The notes beneath the pieces were generated by a model, which made no database searches, was not told the origin of the DNA, and saw nothing but the letters and a program-made list of their open reading frames with translations. From Candidatus Dojkabacteria bacterium (GTDB lineage Bacteria > Patescibacteriota > Dojkabacteria > JAHIVN01), in contig JAFGDO010000011.1 of assembly GCA_016932045.1 (NCBI GenBank), positions 71,997-124,620 of the forward strand: a DNA stretch of 52,624 nt, given 5' to 3'. The translations under genes were made by a program, and so were the position numbers. Shown in pieces: positions 52,535 through 52,624 of the stretch. How positions within the stretch are numbered: position 1 is the stretch's first letter; the number at the start of each line of letters is the position of its first letter.

Positions 52535-52624
52535 GGAGAGATGCCAGAGTGGTCGAATGGGACGGTCTTGAAAACCGTTGTACCTTTCGGGGTACCGGGG
52601 GTTCGAATCCCTCTCTCTCCGCCA
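52535..52624 (+). tRNA. tRNA-Ser (anticodon UGA), class II long variable arm, CCA encoded
   Basis: GGAGAGA/UCUCUCC acceptor, ACGGU-CUUGAAA-ACCGU anticodon arm, variable arm GUACC-UUUCGG-GGUAC, T-arm GGGGG-UUCGAAU-CCCUC, then G-CCA. Confidence 0.9.

Noticed and set aside
42879-52624. Prophage or integrative element inserted at tRNA-Ser, given the ParB-like gene, lysozyme-like gene, holin-like gene elsewhere and a tRNA fragment
   Set aside because: No integrase, terminase, capsid, portal or replication genes are visible. The duplicated tRNA piece is the 5' half lying immediately upstream, not a 3' att-type repeat at a distance. The Lys-poor genes are scattered across the whole window rather than forming one bounded island. 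The possibility cannot be excluded beyond the window edge.

Overview
AT-rich, tightly packed bacterial chromosome segment with about 58 plausible genes and few obvious Shine-Dalgarno sites. Gene content and composition suggest a small-genome CPR/Patescibacteria-type organism; this is inference only. All domain calls come from motifs read by eye, since no searches were possible. Recognisable genes are lexA, recG, a RelA/SpoT (Rel) enzyme, tyrS, tsaC, myo-inositol-1-phosphate synthase, a nucleoside deaminase, nitroreductase, NUDIX, HD and CYTH proteins, an M14-like peptidase, TetR and LysR regulators, a RAYT-like HUH transposase and tRNA-Ser(UGA). Interleaved with these Lys/Asn/Ile-rich genes is a second class of about 17 Lys-poor, Arg/Ala/Gln/Thr-rich orphan genes, mostly multi-HTH regulators and Pro/Thr-linker lipoproteins or membrane proteins, most with a canonical (TG)ATATAAT-type promoter upstream. 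The most unusual locus is 42879-50637 (minus strand). It encodes a ParB/Srx-like protein, a 688-aa multi-HTH protein and a 1,276-aa protein that ends in a complete sigma-70 domain after about 990 aa of tandem HTH and OmpR-like winged-helix modules. Other candidates: a T-box-like leader upstream of tyrS with a REP-like palindrome nested in it; RAYT-associated palindromes, one in-frame inside the RAYT gene itself; a promoter-to-U-tract ~113-nt structured sRNA candidate; a partial tRNA-Ser 5' duplicate interrupted by GC-rich hairpins; a HEPN-like/CBS fusion; candidate SOS operators between lexA and a divergent GIY-YIG gene; and many intergenic tracts with 7-nt periodicity. No CRISPR array, integrase, reverse transcriptase or rRNA was seen.
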